From Raillietiella orientalis (taxonomy: Eukaryota), in contig JAYWIR010000053.1 in the NCBI GenBank assembly GCA_036172245.1, positions 682,001-746,000 of the forward strand: 64,000 nt of DNA. Direction: 5' to 3'. Shown one piece after another: positions 26,346-38,561 of this stretch; within the stretch, counting starts at the first letter, position 1; every line of letters begins with the position of its first letter. The translations under genes were made by a program, and so were the position numbers. Under the pieces are notes generated by a model that saw nothing but the letters and a program-made list of their open reading frames with translations, ran no database searches and was not told where the DNA came from.

Positions 26346-26454
26346 CGGAGAGGGAGGCGCCACGGACTCGGTTGCCAGGACAACCCCGGCGCCGATTGCC
26401 ATTGTTGGTGTTACTGTTGTCGGAGAGGGAGGTGCCGCGGACTCTGTTGCCAGG
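26346..26454. repeat. 34-bp imperfect direct repeat, period 75
   Basis: CGGAGAGGGAGG(C/T)GCC(A/G)CGGACTC(G/T)GTTGCCAGG at 26346 and 26421. Confidence 0.8.
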
Positions 26455-26981
26455 GCCAGACTCCGCGAGTCCCGAATACTCGGTTCCAACCGGCATGAGC
26501 TGGATCATTCCATCTTTCCTCTCCTTTTCCATCTTTTCTCCCTGTGGAAGCTGTCGCGGCCACTTAGAGATCGCGCATCTGGGTGCCCGCTCGCAGCATC
26601 GAAATCTTCTCTGTATCGTTCCTATTTTAGTATATGTACCGCCGAAGCAGTTACGGGAAGGGATAAAAAGTTTGCGGCGCGTCGGGGATGCGTCCAGCCA
26701 TTCTGCCATCACCGCTGCGGAGAGCACGGTGGTGGTGGGGTCGCACCGGCCTGTTGCTCATGCCCCAGGGTCGTCGAGACTGCGCTCCAGCGAGAAAGAG
26801 GGCAGGAAGGGTGAAAAAAGATACGAGTCCGACAGAGAGTCGAGCCGGTCCAGAGAGAGGAGGCAGGAAACCCCTTCTCCTCCAGTCCTTCCCCTTTCCC
26901 GCCCGTTCCGGAAGAGCTCCCTGCTCACCTCTCTTTCCTCCCCCTATGTTCTGCCCCTTGTCCCTTTCCTCCGTCCCTCAC

Positions 26982-27339
26982 CTACTAGCTGTTGCCACGC
27001 CCTCCTGACGCTGAACTTCTTCTTCATGTACAGCATGAAGACGAAGACCAGCAGCATGATGAAGAGGACGCTCCCTAGCAGCGCGATGAACCAGGTCTCC
27101 TGAACGAGGTCTGGAATATCCTCCGTCCGGGACTTGGCTCCTCGGAACTCCTTCAGAGAGACGGGGTCCATCACCAGGGAAGCCACGGGGGTGGGCGGTC
27201 CCGTGCCCGCTCGGGTGAAGGCCGCCGCTCGGATGGAGTACGTGTGTCCCGTGGTCAGGTTGTACAGCAACACGGATGTGGTGTTGGGACCGAGGGTGGT
27301 GTTCGTGAAGGCGCCGGATGTGGCGTTCATCACCGTGAT
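26982..27339 (-). CDS. robo: Robo exon 10, end of FN3-3 and transmembrane helix
   Basis: ITVMNATSG...TTSVLLYNLTTGHTYSIRAAAFTRAGTGP...ETWFIALLGSVLFIMLLVFVFMLYMKKK (TM followed by basic stop-transfer); donor G|GTGAGG. Confidence 0.94.
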
Positions 27340-27514
27340 CTGAGGGGAGGAACCATCAGGTGGGGAAGTCAGAAGGGGAAGCCGGGAACGCACCTCCCTA
27401 CGAAGAGGGAAGTACTAAAATCCCGGAAAAGGAAGGGCAGGGCCGGAGGAAAATGAGAAGAGGGGAAGAGGTAAGGACGCACTATGACAGAAGCGGCGGC
27501 CATGAGCGGTTTAC

Positions 27515-27630
27515 CTTATATCCTTTCAGGAAGCCTCCGATGGAGGACCTGGGAGGAGGGGACCAGGTTATGATAGCGGACGTGAGGTTCACCATCTGGA
27601 CGCCGATGTTCTCCGGAGGCGAATGGGGAG
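27515..27630 (-). CDS. robo: Robo exon 9, start of FN3-3
   Basis: APHSPPENIGVQMVNLTSAIITWSPPPRSSIGGFLKGYK; acceptor ccttccag, donor AAG|GTAAAC. Confidence 0.92.
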
Positions 27631-27755
27631 CTGGAAGGAAAGAGGAAGCTGCAGCCAGCGCACCGAAAAAGGGGAACAAAAGAGGAGGAAGGGCGTGGAA
27701 GACAGCAGGAGCCTCCACGTGCCCTTTCCAGCCACCTCCCTCCTCCGGCACTAAC

Positions 27756-27993
27756 CGCCTTCTTCGGTTCCCACCGTCCCCAGGTTCGATGGATGACCCT
27801 GAAGGGACCCGTGGTACGGGAATAGAACGAGCTGGTACGTCGTAAAGGGATGCAGGGTGCCGAGGGTGTAGGAGGATGCGCCGTTCCTCAAGGGCACGGA
27901 CACCACGCGGAAGCCCTCCGTGAGCTTCCGGTGATCCACTTCGCGAAAGTAGATGTTCAGCCCATCCATGCGATCCTCCTCGGCTTGATCCAC
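27756..27993 (-). CDS. robo: Robo exon 8, FN3-2
   Basis: VDQAEEDRMDGLNIYFRE...SYTLGTLHPFTTYQLVLFPYHGSLQGHPSNLGTVGTEEG; phase 0/1, donor G|GTTAGT. Confidence 0.92.
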
Positions 27994-28069
27994 CTGGGTC
28001 CGTAAATGATATGGGGGTAAGGGAAGTCTCTCTACAGGAAGAGAGGTTGATGGTGGCGTTGGGGGACCA

Positions 28070-28320
28070 GAAAGAGGAAGGATGAAGAAGGAGGGAGCAG
28101 GTGGAAGATAGGAAGAGTAACAAGAAGATAGGAAGAATAGAGGGAGAAGAACAGAGGAAGAAGTAAAGGAGGAAAAGGAAGGGAAGAAAAGGAGGAGAAA
28201 AAGAGGGAGAGGAGGAAGGGGAAGAGGAGGAAGGGAGGAAAGGGAAGAGGAGAAGGTAGGGAAGAGAGTGAGGAAGAAAAAAGGAAGAAAAGGAGGGAGA
28301 AGAGACGAAGAAGACGAAGG
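28070..28320. repeat. polypurine/polypyrimidine tract filling robo intron 7
   Basis: Nearly pure A/G on the + strand. Confidence 0.85.
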
Positions 28321-28333
28321 AGCGCTTCCTTAC

Positions 28334-28878
28334 CTTCCAGTGCAGGCGCACGCTGTGCGGGCCGGACGCCACGGTTTCCTTGAGCAACACCGACGGGAGC
28401 AGCCCCCACTCGCGCATCGCAGTTCCTCCCTCTGCGTCGTTGCTTGCCGTTCTCCATGGCCCGGAGATGGGGCTGGGAGGGGAAGTTCCGTGCAGATTCT
28501 CAGCCCGCACGACGAACCAGTAGGCAGCCCCGGGTTGGAGGCCATCGATAGTGTAGGAACGCTGTCGAAGACCGTCGGCAATGCGGACCCACTGGGGTCC
28601 GAGCGGCCAGCCGAAGGCCTCCAGGGCATAGCCAGTGATCCTGGAGAGACCGTCGGCAGCGCTGGTGTTCCAAGCCAGGCTGACATAGGTGGTGCCGACT
28701 TCGACGGCTTCCGGTCGGGGAGGAGGCACCGGGTAAGCGAAGACGTCTTTCATGCGGCGGAACACCACGTTCGGGTTGGTAGGACTCTTGACCGATAGGT
28801 GTGCGCCGGCAGAGGCGGTCAGGTTCGCCAGGGAGGTCACGGTGCACCGGTAGAATCCCGAGTCCTCGATCCGCAGGT
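28334..28878 (-). CDS. robo: Robo exon 7, end of Ig5, FN3-1, start of FN3-2
   Basis: DLRIEDSGFYRCTV...YTIDGLQPGAAYWFVVRAENLHGTSPPSPIS...SVRLHWK; follows a 61-nt intron; donor AAG|GTAAGG. Confidence 0.94.
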
Positions 28879-28939
28879 CTGGAGCATGAGCGGAGTGCCA
28901 TTGCCCTATCGGAAGCAAAAGACCGAGGCGTGAGCTCAC

Positions 28940-29452
28940 CGGATATCCTCAGGGTCATGTCTGTCAGCACCGCCACCCTGGGATCGTCTTGATCCAAGAG
29001 ACGCCCGTCCTTGGACCACTCGGTCCTCTTCAGGGGACTGATGCCGTCTCCGTCCATCGCTCTGCACGGCATCTCGGCAGTGGTCGCCACAGGAAGGGTC
29101 TGGTTTGTAAGAACCAGGTGCAAGAGCGGAGGAAGAACTGCTTCTCGACTCGCTTCCCTGTCCCCTCCGGTGACCCCCAGGTAGGCGGTGGCTCGGATCG
29201 AGCCGACCTCGCTGACCCCGGCGCACGAGTAGAAGCCGATGTCCCCGTCGTCGACGTTCTCTATCGTCAGGCCGCCATCCTCCGCCACTGACATCTTCCC
29301 ACTCTTCTGGGACACCCCCAGGAGCACCCTTTCCTTGTGTCTGTACCAGAGTAGCAGAGGTTGGGGAGTGCCTCTCACGGCACAGCCCAGGAACGCTGTT
29401 TCGTGGGCCCGGACGGACAGGTTGGACGGTCTCTGGAGGAACTCCGGCCTCG
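28940..29452 (-). CDS. robo: Robo exon 6, Ig4 and most of Ig5
   Basis: TRPEFLQRPSNLSVRAHETAFLGCAVRGTPQP...DIGFYSCAGVSEVGS...PPLLHLVLTNQTLPVATTAEMPCRA...TLRIS; acceptor ctttccag, donor G|GTGAGC; 513 nt. Confidence 0.93.
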
Positions 29453-31826
29453 CTGGAAAGCATCATCTTGAAGAAACGGAGAAGGCGGGAAGGATAAGGA
29501 GAAGGAGGAAGAGAGGAAGGGAGGAAGAGGAGGAGAAGGGAGGAAGAAAAAAGAGGAAGAGAGAAAAAAGAGGAACCAACTTTGTCTCTTTCACTATTCC
29601 TTCTCCTTCCTTCAGTTCCTCCCTTTGCCCTTTCTCGCTTTCTTCTCGGGAGAAGGGGCACGTGAGAAGCGAAGGAAGAAAGATGGGTGTTAGCCTGGAC
29701 GAACGAAGGAAGGGAGAGAAAGGGAAAAGAAGGGAGCGCGGCCCACGGGTCCCCTGCTTCCAGCCTCTCAAGTCTCGCCCTTCCGGCCACTGCTCTGCGG
29801 TGACCATGGCGGAGGTGGTTCATTTCGACTGCTCCCCTATGCATGACGGAGGAATGACGGACGCAGTCCGTGGCAGGGGACAGCTGGGTGACGTATGATC
29901 ATGAGGTATCAGAGGCCTCGAGGAGGTTAGTGGAGCCCAAACCGACTCGCCAAGACCCTGAAGGCGGATCTTCGCTTTCTGCCTCCTCTTCGTTGCGGAA
30001 CGAAACAGGAGCAGCACTCCCGAGCTGCTGAGCGCAGGGGAGCGCGCGAGGGGGTGCGGAAGGATGGGTGGACGGGGAGGATGGTGGAGGAAAAACTTTT
30101 TATCCCTTCTCCTCCTTCATCCAGGCGGCGGACGTCAAGCCGCGCCCTCACGGCTGGACCGTCGAAGACCCCTCCGTTCTTGTTTTTCCCGCCGCCCGGA
30201 AACGCCTCTTCGTTTCGTCCCTGGAGACGCGCTGTGCCCTCCGGGCGGGCCCGATCGGATGTGCTGGCCCTCTGTGGGAACGCCCGTTGACCAGCTCGCC
30301 CTTCCTCCTCCCCTTCAGCGGGAGCCACGTTTTCCCTCTGCCGGGGGCGCACCGCGGCCCGGACGAACCGCCGCGCCTCCCGACGACTCGCGACCGCGCT
30401 CTGCGGCCGAAGACTCGAGGGGTCGACCAATGGGAGCCGGGAATGCGGTCGCCGTCCGGAGGCCTCCAATCAGGAGGCGCACGTCGGGAGGCGACCACGG
30501 TGGAGACGGAGGATGGTCGCTCGGCTCCCTTTCGGAGCCTCGGGAAAGTTTCGAAGGGGAGTTGCCAGGGGTCACCGGATCGGTAAGACACGGGTCGGGC
30601 CGCCCGTCAGGGCTGCGGGGAGACGCCCAGGAACGGGCAACTCTTCCCTGCTCCACCAGTTCTCACCCTTTCTGTTTCTCCGGGAAGGCAGGACGACCCT
30701 TCCTCTATCTCGAGACGAACGGCGCGGTGCGCCTTGCGTGCTCCGTTCCCCGCGTCCTGCTCCTTGGAAACCGTTCCTCGCCCTCTGCGGAGTCGCCTCT
30801 CCTCGCCCCGTCACACTCCCAGCATCCGAACGGATTTTTTGCGTGCTTCCCGGTCGAGATCCCCGTAGTCGGGAGACGACACCCTTGTCTGCCTCTCGCT
30901 CCTTCGCTCTCCTTTCCCTCTTTGGCTTGTCTTGCTCCTACTGTGTTGCCACGGGTGCGAGACCACGGAGAACGCCGGCCGCCCTCCTGAAAAGCGCGTC
31001 GGAGGCGCAGAGCACTCCTCCATCATGGCGTCGCCGTCACGTAGCAGCATCCGCCCCTCCCGACAAACCCATCTCCCGCTTCCTCTCCGCTCCGATGAGA
31101 AAGCGAGAGAGGAGGCGGTGGAGTTGGGCGTCCTCTCGTCCGCTTCCGAGACGGGCGCGCAGCCTCGCGGCGGAGGGCAGAAGCGATCTGCCAGCAGCAC
31201 GCGCCGCGGATATCTTCTGTTCCTTCCCCTTGGCCACGCCCAACGGACAGACGTGAGAACTCTTCCCACGCTTCCTCTCCCAAAAGCTGCACGCATCCCT
31301 TCCTGGTCCCACCCAAAGCAGAGGACTCCACGCACTCCCAAGTCGCCTGGGAGACACTCTCCGCCGGCCGTGCGACGAGAGCGACGAGGGAGGTGGGCGT
31401 GCGCGCGCGACGGAGCCTGAGCGCAATAGCGCGAGAGTTCATGACGTGAGCTCGAATTCCCGTTCCGAGCCGACGAGCGGCAATCAACGTCTACAAGCGC
31501 GAGGATGAGGAAGGGTGAGGAGGAGGAGAGCGTTGGGTGGACGCGACGATCGTTTCCAGCCGGGCTGGCTGCACCTCTTCCAGGCAACCATGCACGCGCG
31601 ACCCCAGGCGAAGCATCCCGGAGAGGGGTAATTTTCTTCGGCCGGGCGGCCGCGTAAACCGAAAGCGTCCGTCCAGACGGCTATTTCGAGACCCATATGG
31701 GCAAAAAGCGCGTTGTGAGTTTCTCCGCGATGGGGAAGCAGCAGGGCAGAAAGAAACACCGAAAGAAAATAAAAGAAAACGGAATGGAATGAAAAGAGAA
31801 CAAGGACAAAGCAAGGCGGCACTCAC

Positions 31827-32093
31827 TGTTTACGAGCAAATGAGCCACAGAGGAGATCTGGCCGATCCCGTTCTTGGCGTCGCACACGTAGGCGCCTTCA
31901 TCTTCCTTGATCACGTCGAATATCCTCATTCCTTTGTCGGGGATGATTCTCATCCGATTCATGTCGATCATGCCCACGTGCCTCCGCCAGTTCACGGAGG
32001 GCAGCGGGTCGCCTCCCACCCTGCACGAGAAGTCGACGGTCTCCCCCAGGATGGCGGTGAAGTTGGAGGGCCGGGTTATGAAGAACGGGTGAA
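31827..32093 (-). CDS. robo: Robo exon 5, Ig3
   Basis: VHPFFITRPSNFTAILGETVDFSCRVGGDPLPSVNWRR...DEGAYVCDAKNGIGQISSVAHLLVN; follows a 59-nt intron; donor A|GTGAGT. Confidence 0.95.
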
Positions 32094-32152
32094 CTGCGTG
32101 GGGGAGGAGAGAGCGCTGGCTGCCCGCTCCGCGTTCCCCGACACCACCGTAC

Positions 32153-32283
32153 CGTGCACGCTCAGCAGGGCCGGGAGCGATTCTCTGCTACCTGCCATGT
32201 TTTCCACCAGGCACCAGTACCTTCCCTCGTCTTCCTTCGATATGCGATCGATCACGAGGTTGTGCCCTTCCGAAAGGAACATC
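32153..32283 (-). CDS. robo: Robo exon 4, second half of Ig2
   Basis: RMFLSEGHNLVIDRISKEDEGRYWCLVENMAGSRESLPALLSVH; acceptor ttttcag, donor G|GTACGG; phase 2/1. Confidence 0.94.
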
Positions 32284-33470
32284 CTGAAAAAGAGAGAAAT
32301 GATCAGAAGATGAAAACAGGGGAAAAAAACAGCAACGACAAGAAAGGAAAAAAAAAAGAAAAATCCTGGACCTGGAGAATCCTTCGGGAGGGCCCCGCGT
32401 CGCGCAAAGCCTCGTGCCCAAGAAGCGTGCTAGCAGGTGCGAGAGCCACCCTCGCTGGCGATACGCATCCGCGCGTGATTTACGCGCGCAGGGAAGTATC
32501 GAAAAACTGAGTCGCACGCACGTTATTGCCGCCGATGGCACGCACTCCGCTCGGTCCAAGGTGCGCGCGCACCGGTTCCTCACTTGCGCGCTTTTTTCGC
32601 CCTCTTTTTGTTTTTTTGTGTTTTTTTACGGTGCTGAAGCTCCCTTATAGTTCCTGTCGAGATGACCACCATGCCGCTCATCATTTACAAGCACGACTCG
32701 TGGGAGGTGGGGATGCGGATCGAAGGAGCAACGGGCGAGGAGGATGAAAGCTCTTCGGCCGCCACAGAGAATCGCTGCTCCGTGCCTTCCCAGGCCGAGC
32801 AACAGCAGCGGCATAAATCACAAGCCTGCAAATCGAGATGGAAAAAGGGAGGAGGAGGAGCCTCGAAAACACACACAAAAAGAAAGGCATCATGGCGATC
32901 TCTCGTGGCATCCTGTCTCGACAGGGTTTCCTCGCCGCTGCCACCAGGAGGCTGCAACGCCACGGCCCTTGGAGGCGCTTAATCAAACCCTCCAGGGATG
33001 ACAGGACGAAAGCAAAACAGATTGTGCTTCCGCAGCGGGATGCGTCAGAGGAAGGGGTACTCTGGGAAAGCAAACGGGCGGGAAGACCTCTCGCATCGGG
33101 AGAACGGCGGGTCACACGCGACTTCACAAGCACCTCACGATGGGTCTCTCCTCTAGCGGGAAGGGTGCCAGGACCTCCTCGTGACCGACGACGATGCTGG
33201 TGGCCTTCGATGCCGCCTTCCCCAGATTTCCATGGCAAGCGTTTTCGAAAGCGCCTCATGACGTCTCGGGACCTCCAAAAGCGGAACCACCGTTGGAGAG
33301 AGGCGCCCTCTTTCTCCTCCCCTTCCTCGTCCTCCTCTTTCCTTTTCTCCTCCTTCTCCTCTCCCTTCTTTTTCCTCCTCCTCTTCCAATTCCTGTTCTC
33401 TTCTTCTCCGCGGGTAACAAAAGCAAACAAGACGAGCACATCTCTTTTTTTGGCCTGAAGAAGGGCAGAC

Positions 33471-33546
33471 AGCTGCCCGCCGGGATTTGAACCTGCGGCC
33501 TTTCGCTAAGTGGAGCGGGGTGTGCGCCGTTCGCCCAACCGCAGCC
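33471..33546 (-). pseudogene. tRNA-derived sequence (tRNA pseudogene or SINE head)
   Basis: Revcomp GGCTGCGG...GCAGGTTCAAATCCCGGCGGGCAGCT: tRNA length, B box, GCTGC/GCAGC acceptor-like pairing, but no intact D or anticodon arm. Confidence 0.45.
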
Positions 33547-34139
33547 AGTTAGAGACTATGGCTCCGCAATCGCGAAAGGCTGGTGGCACCCTCTCTGGAA
33601 AGCTGATCCGAGGTCCTCACGGACCGGGTCGCTCCTGAGCGAAGAGGAGCGGCGCCTTGAGCGGCGGTGGGCTCAGACCGTAGGAAAGAACGGCGAGATC
33701 GGTCGGAGAGCGGGCGCTCCTTCGCTCCATCGAAGGCCTCTGAGGGGAAACCGCGGGACGAGTTGTTTCGTCGGGGTGCCGGAAGCGGCGGGTCTTGGAT
33801 GCACCCCAAGAGGACACGCTCGTTTTCGCTTCTTTTGCAGAGGACATCGAATACCAGGAGCGAGGGGTGGAGTGCTCCAATGGGAACCGGGAAAATGGAG
33901 CGGGTTACCTCGGCAGTGGCCGACGGGCGGGCCTAAGAGGACACGCCCGACGTGCAAGGAGTTGCTAAGGATTCTTTGCAACAGTGAAGAACACCTGCTG
34001 AAGTGAAAGGTCGAAATCAGCAGCGCAGAGGAATCCTTGTGCAAAGAGACCAGTCTGGACTCATCGCGATTTCTGCAGCTTTCTGCTTGCGACTGCGCCT
34101 CTGTCACGGGTTCCAAAGGCAAGCCCCTTGCCTTTTTCA

Positions 34140-34400
34140 AAAGAAGAACAAGAAGAAGAAGAAGAAAAAGAAAAAGAAAAAGAAGAAGAAAAAGAACTAT
34201 CACCACCACCACAACAAGCAAAAGGAAAAAAAAGAACAAGAACAAGAAGAACAAAACAATAAAAACAAGAACAATAATAAGGATAAGAAGAAGAACAAGA
34301 ATAATGACAACAACAAGAACAAGTAGAACAAGAACAAGAAAAACAAGAGAAAGAACAAAAACAAGAAGAAAAAAAAACAAGAACAACGACAACAACAAGA
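34140..34400. repeat. (AAG/AAC)n A-rich simple repeat
   Basis: aagaagaacaag runs. Confidence 0.9.
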
Positions 34401-34737
34401 AAGCGTTTGCGCTCCCCAAACCAACCTTTAAGTTCTCATGCCATGCAAAAGAAATTCACGCCGTCGGAGGGATTCGCTCCTTTCAATTGCATGCCCCCAG
34501 CCCACCTGGACGCGCCGCGATCAGGCCCGACGTGTCAGCAAGAGAATTTATCGCTCGCTCGCTGTCCTAATGCGCTTCTAAACGCCACTCATGGTATAGG
34601 CGTTCTCTTCTTGCGCCAGCTGCTCTCGTTACAGTCGCTGATGAGGCTGCCACTGGATGTTACCCTACACGGACGCAATCACCTCCTCCGACTCCCTCTC
34701 CGAGACGGCCACACCCACGGCAGGGTCTCCGTGGGTT

Positions 34738-34846
34738 ACTCTGAAATGTGGCCGCTCCCCTGAACGTCCGGACCCAACCCAGATCCATGCAGGCCACTCT
34801 ACTCGGGTATCTAGGGGAGACCTGCGTTGGTGCCCCTGAGGGTTTC
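34738..34846. repeat. dispersed repeat C, inverted partial copy
   Basis: ACTCTGAAATGTGGCCGCTCCCCTGAACGTCCGGACCC..GCAGGCCACTC matches the reverse complement of 36500-36609. Confidence 0.75.
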
Positions 34847-34884
34847 GGAGGGCGCACTGCATGCCTCCTGGTAGGTGGGTGTGT

Positions 34885-35395
34885 AGTCACCTGGCTGTCT
34901 CCGAAAGGAACTCTTTCTTCATTCTCTCGGAGGACCCCCCGGAGGGAGTCACCCCTCGTTTCTTCCCCGGAAGGGACCTCTTCCTTGTTTCCTTCTCCTC
35001 TCTCCGCATCCGAAGTAGCGCTCTTCTTCACACTCTGGGAAGGTATCCATCCGCCAGCTCTATGGTTCGCAAAGGAAGGCCCCATCCCGAAGAAGGGGGG
35101 GAACGGCTCCACTTGCACAACTGGAGGGGAACCTCAAAGGTCTTCTTGATTCCTGGAAGGACCCCAGAGGGGGTCGACTTCCAATCCCGGTCATTCAACG
35201 GGGGCGTCCGGCTTCCACCCAGTGCCGCACCCGAAGCCATTCGAGGATCAATCTGTGTATTCTTGTGGGGGAGACTCGAAACCCACTACGCACCTCCCGT
35301 TTCTTCCAGCGTCGATCCTTCCCCGGGAAGCTTCGAAGCTGCCTGGTGGAGAGTGCGCGCAGACCTCATCCTCACGGGCGCCCACGTGGCTCTGT
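34885..35395 (-). mobile_element. SINE-like family A copy, degenerate head
   Basis: GGGGTCGACTTCCAATCCCGG..TCCGGCTTCCACCCAGTGCCGCACCCGAAGCCA..CTCGAAACCCACTACGCACC is the reverse complement of the family core. Confidence 0.68.
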
Positions 35396-35907
35396 CACCG
35401 CTGCGAGAGACGCGAGCGGTGTTGCTGTTGACGCTGGCAAGGTTACTCCCACGATGACAGAATCTCGAGGCCGGCACACGGCCAAGGATCTGCCAGTTGT
35501 CCTTGCTTCTGGAGAAAGCTAGCTGGTGGTTTCCCCCTGTCGAGGTCTCATGGTAGTTGTCGGCGCTTCAGCCTCACACGGTGTCGTGACCGCAGCGAGC
35601 GCAAAGCCGGATGAGCTCTGAATCGAGCCAGGCTGAGCAACGGTTTCGGAGCGCTCATCCCATTCGTGAACGAACCGTTTTGCCGTAAGCGGGGGAGCAG
35701 GGAGGGCGCCCTGTCGAGACTTGCAGCTTCTTCGCCTGTTGGCCTTCAAGACGGAATAGGAAGCGCTTGACGTTGGCAACATGTAGTTGACCAAAAGGAT
35801 GACCTTGAGCGTTCATGTGGGAGGGAGATCAGCGTTCCTCACTGCGCTCTTAGACGCGGAATCTTAAGGAAAGTAACAACCGATAACACCGGTGGGGACC
35901 AGCGCTC

Positions 35908-36045
35908 CTGAATTCCTGGGAGGATCCTGGAGGGGTGGACTTCCAGTCCCGGAGGCTCAGTCAGCGGAAGAATCCGGGGGTTTCCGGCTGCTTTCATCAA
36001 TGCCGCATCCGAAGCCTTCAGACCAGCCAGTATCATCCTGCGATG
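35908..36045 (-). mobile_element. SINE-like family A fragment
   Basis: GGACTTCCAGTCCCGG..TGCCGCATCCGAAGCC matches the core of the 34885 copy. Confidence 0.55.
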
Positions 36046-36499
36046 GAGAGGAGGAGGACTCGCTCTTCACTTCCGCCTTCGCAGCAGACAAGAAGACGAG
36101 GAGACCACGGAACCTCCTCCTCCGGCATCGCAGCCTCTTGTTCTCACTTCCCTCTCCCCCTGTCTGATTGGCGCGAGTCGGCCCTCGGACGCCTCTTCTA
36201 CCCACTCACTCTACGTCGTCCGCGGCGGCGTGCTCTGCGACCTCGCGGGCATCCTCAGGCTCCCGCGGTCGTGCGCTGATGACAGGTCTGCGCCGCGGAA
36301 GAAGAGGTCGCCTTCCGTTCCGTACATTCAGGAGGCAGGCAGAATCGTCCCTTCCCCCTCCGCATCCACCGGATGGGCGAGGAGAGCACGGCCAGGCGCA
36401 GCCGCCGCCATCATCCCTCGCGCGCAGCGACGGAGGAACGGCGCTTGCGGCGGAGGCGAGAGTGTGGGACGGTGCCGCGGCGCGCCAGACGGGATGGAT

Positions 36500-36714
36500 G
36501 AAAACCCTAGGGGGCACCGAAGAGGGGCCCCGCCAGATGCACGAGCGGAGTGGCCTGCGTGGAACTGGGTCAGATCCGGACGTGCAGGGAAGTGGCCACA
36601 TTGCAGAGTCTCCACCGGGAAGGAGGCGGTCGCACGGATGCCGGCCGCGTGAGCTCCGCACGAGCAGGGAGTGTGTCGTCAGGGAAAAGTTCCTCAGCCA
36701 CGTCCACAGCCATC
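36500..36714. repeat. dispersed repeat C, central copy
   Basis: 36500-36609 is an inverted match to 34738-34846; 36611-36714 is a direct match to 38451-38561. Confidence 0.8.
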
Positions 36715-37980
36715 GTCGGACGGATGAAGGACGCCGCTTTTTCCTGGAGCGCCCGTGCTGCTCCGCAGACGCCAGGCGCTCTCGGGAAATTCAGTCTCTG
36801 CAAGCCTTTCCGGGGTGTTCCCCTCCTTGGTCCCTTTGAGGAACTCGAAGGACATCCGGACTGGAGTCGCTATTGGTGGGGAGGCTGCGTGGGAACTGAG
36901 TGGTCGGTCCAGAGGCTCGCTCGCCGTGCCCGCTTGGTTTCCCGTCAGGCAGATGGAGCAAGCGAGACGACCTTGGGGGTGGGGAGTGGGGGAATCCTGC
37001 TGGGGATGATTTTGCGATGCAACCTCTCCAGAGGCTCGCTTCGCTCCCGCGCCCACCTCGAAGCTGGAGCCATGGAAGGCTGCGTCGACCCGCCCGACGC
37101 TGGCACGAGCGGAGTACCCGGTGTCGCGGACGGGAGGTGGAACGAAAGCGACCCGCGTCGAGTGGTCCCGCATCTCCAACGCCACGAGTGGACCGCGGCG
37201 GGTGCGCGCGCCTCCTCTTCCCGGGCGGAAGAAGACGAACCGGAAGACGAACGGATCGGCGAAAAAAAGGAAAGGAAAGCAAGGAACGAGAGAAGAAAGA
37301 GAAAGAGAATGAAGCTGCCGGTGGATCGCACTGCGGTCATCAACGAATCGCTCCCGTGATATCAGCCGGCTCTGCGTGAGGCTCGAGGTAACAGGAAGCC
37401 TTCTCAGAAGTGCCCACTTACGCGTGTGCGCAGGTGGACGCTCGGGTAAGCACCGGAAGAGTCTCATGGAAAGGCGACATCGAAGTCCAGTGGGGAGAAG
37501 ACGCTTCCCTGAGGCCATTTGGCCTGCGGGAGGTCATCCTCCTGCACGAAATCTATCCGGAGTCAGAGGGAAGGGAGTCTTCTGTTCATCTCTCGCCTTC
37601 CCCCCTCCGCCGTCTCGGCTCAGGAAGCTGCGCGCACGCGCGCGCCCTCGGATCGTCTCGACCAGGCCACGCCTGTGTTCAGGAAGAACCTTGCCGATCC
37701 CAAGAGCCGTGACACGACCCTGCGGGGTCATCGGACGGAGGCAGGCAGGCCTTCCGTTTGCCGGACCGACCGACGAGGTTGCTGACAACGAAATGCACAT
37801 CGGTTCTCGTCGTCGTATTCGGGTCTGTTTCCTCGCAGGGAACTAGAACGTTACGCTCGGCCAGAAGGCACGCCGTTCGAGGACAATGGCGAAGATGACG
37901 GCGGTGGGACAGCAAAGAGGCAAGAAAGACGAAGTCCAGCTTTGAAAAAAGATTTCTCCCTCCCCCGAAGACTTGCTGAC

Positions 37981-38134
37981 CTGTCTGACTGCAACGTGTC
38001 CAAGAGGTTCCCATCTTTGAACCACTTGACTGTTGGCTCCGGGTTTCCTTTCGGGGGCACGCACTCCAGGACAGCACGTTCTCCAACAGGCACCCTCGTG
38101 TTCTTGGGGACCACACGGAAGTCTTCTCGGAGCA
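37981..38134 (-). CDS. robo: Robo exon 3, first half of Ig2
   Basis: [42 protein letters not shown]; acceptor ttttccag, donor AG|GTCAGC; phase 1/2. Confidence 0.95.
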
Positions 38135-38450
38135 CTGGAAAATGCAGCTGGACGTTACTCCAACGTCTGCGCAGACCACTGGTCTTTTTGAAACGAAGAA
38201 GCAGCCGCGTTCCGGAGCTTCTGTCTTGAAACCAGCTGATTCTGAGAGACCACTGGGTTCACCGACTCAGCCAAATCCGGAAACTCCACCCCAGGGTGTT
38301 TGTTGTCCCATTTGAAAACTCTGTGACGGTGCCCTGAGAGGCGCGCGAGGGAGGAGTGACACAAATGCCCTCAGGAGAGCATGGGCTTTGCGGTTTGAGC
38401 GCCACAAGCAAGAGGTCTGGGTCCCTTAGCAGCTGAGAAATGCCGCGACG

Positions 38451-38561
38451 TCCACCGGGAAGAAGGCGGTCGCACGGATGCCGGTCGCGTGAGGCCCGTA
38501 CGACGCATGAGCAGGGAGTGCGTCGTCCGGGAAAAGTTCCTCAGCCACGTCCACAGCCATC
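38451..38561. repeat. dispersed repeat C, direct partial copy
   Basis: TCCACCGGGAAG.AGGCGGTCGCACGGATGCCGG..GGGAAAAGTTCCTCAGCCACGTCCACAGCCATC shared with 36611-36714. Confidence 0.8.

Noticed and set aside
27482..28939. 485-aa ORF taken as one exon
   Set aside because: It reads through introns 7 and 8; the FN3-2 sequence lies in another frame (27756-27993).
32650..32982. Plus-strand antisense exon after a T-rich acceptor-like tract
   Set aside because: No recognisable protein, no clear donor or partner exons.
33673..34419. Hydrophobic multi-TM-looking ORF
   Set aside because: It is the reverse complement of the (AAG/AAC)n repeat.
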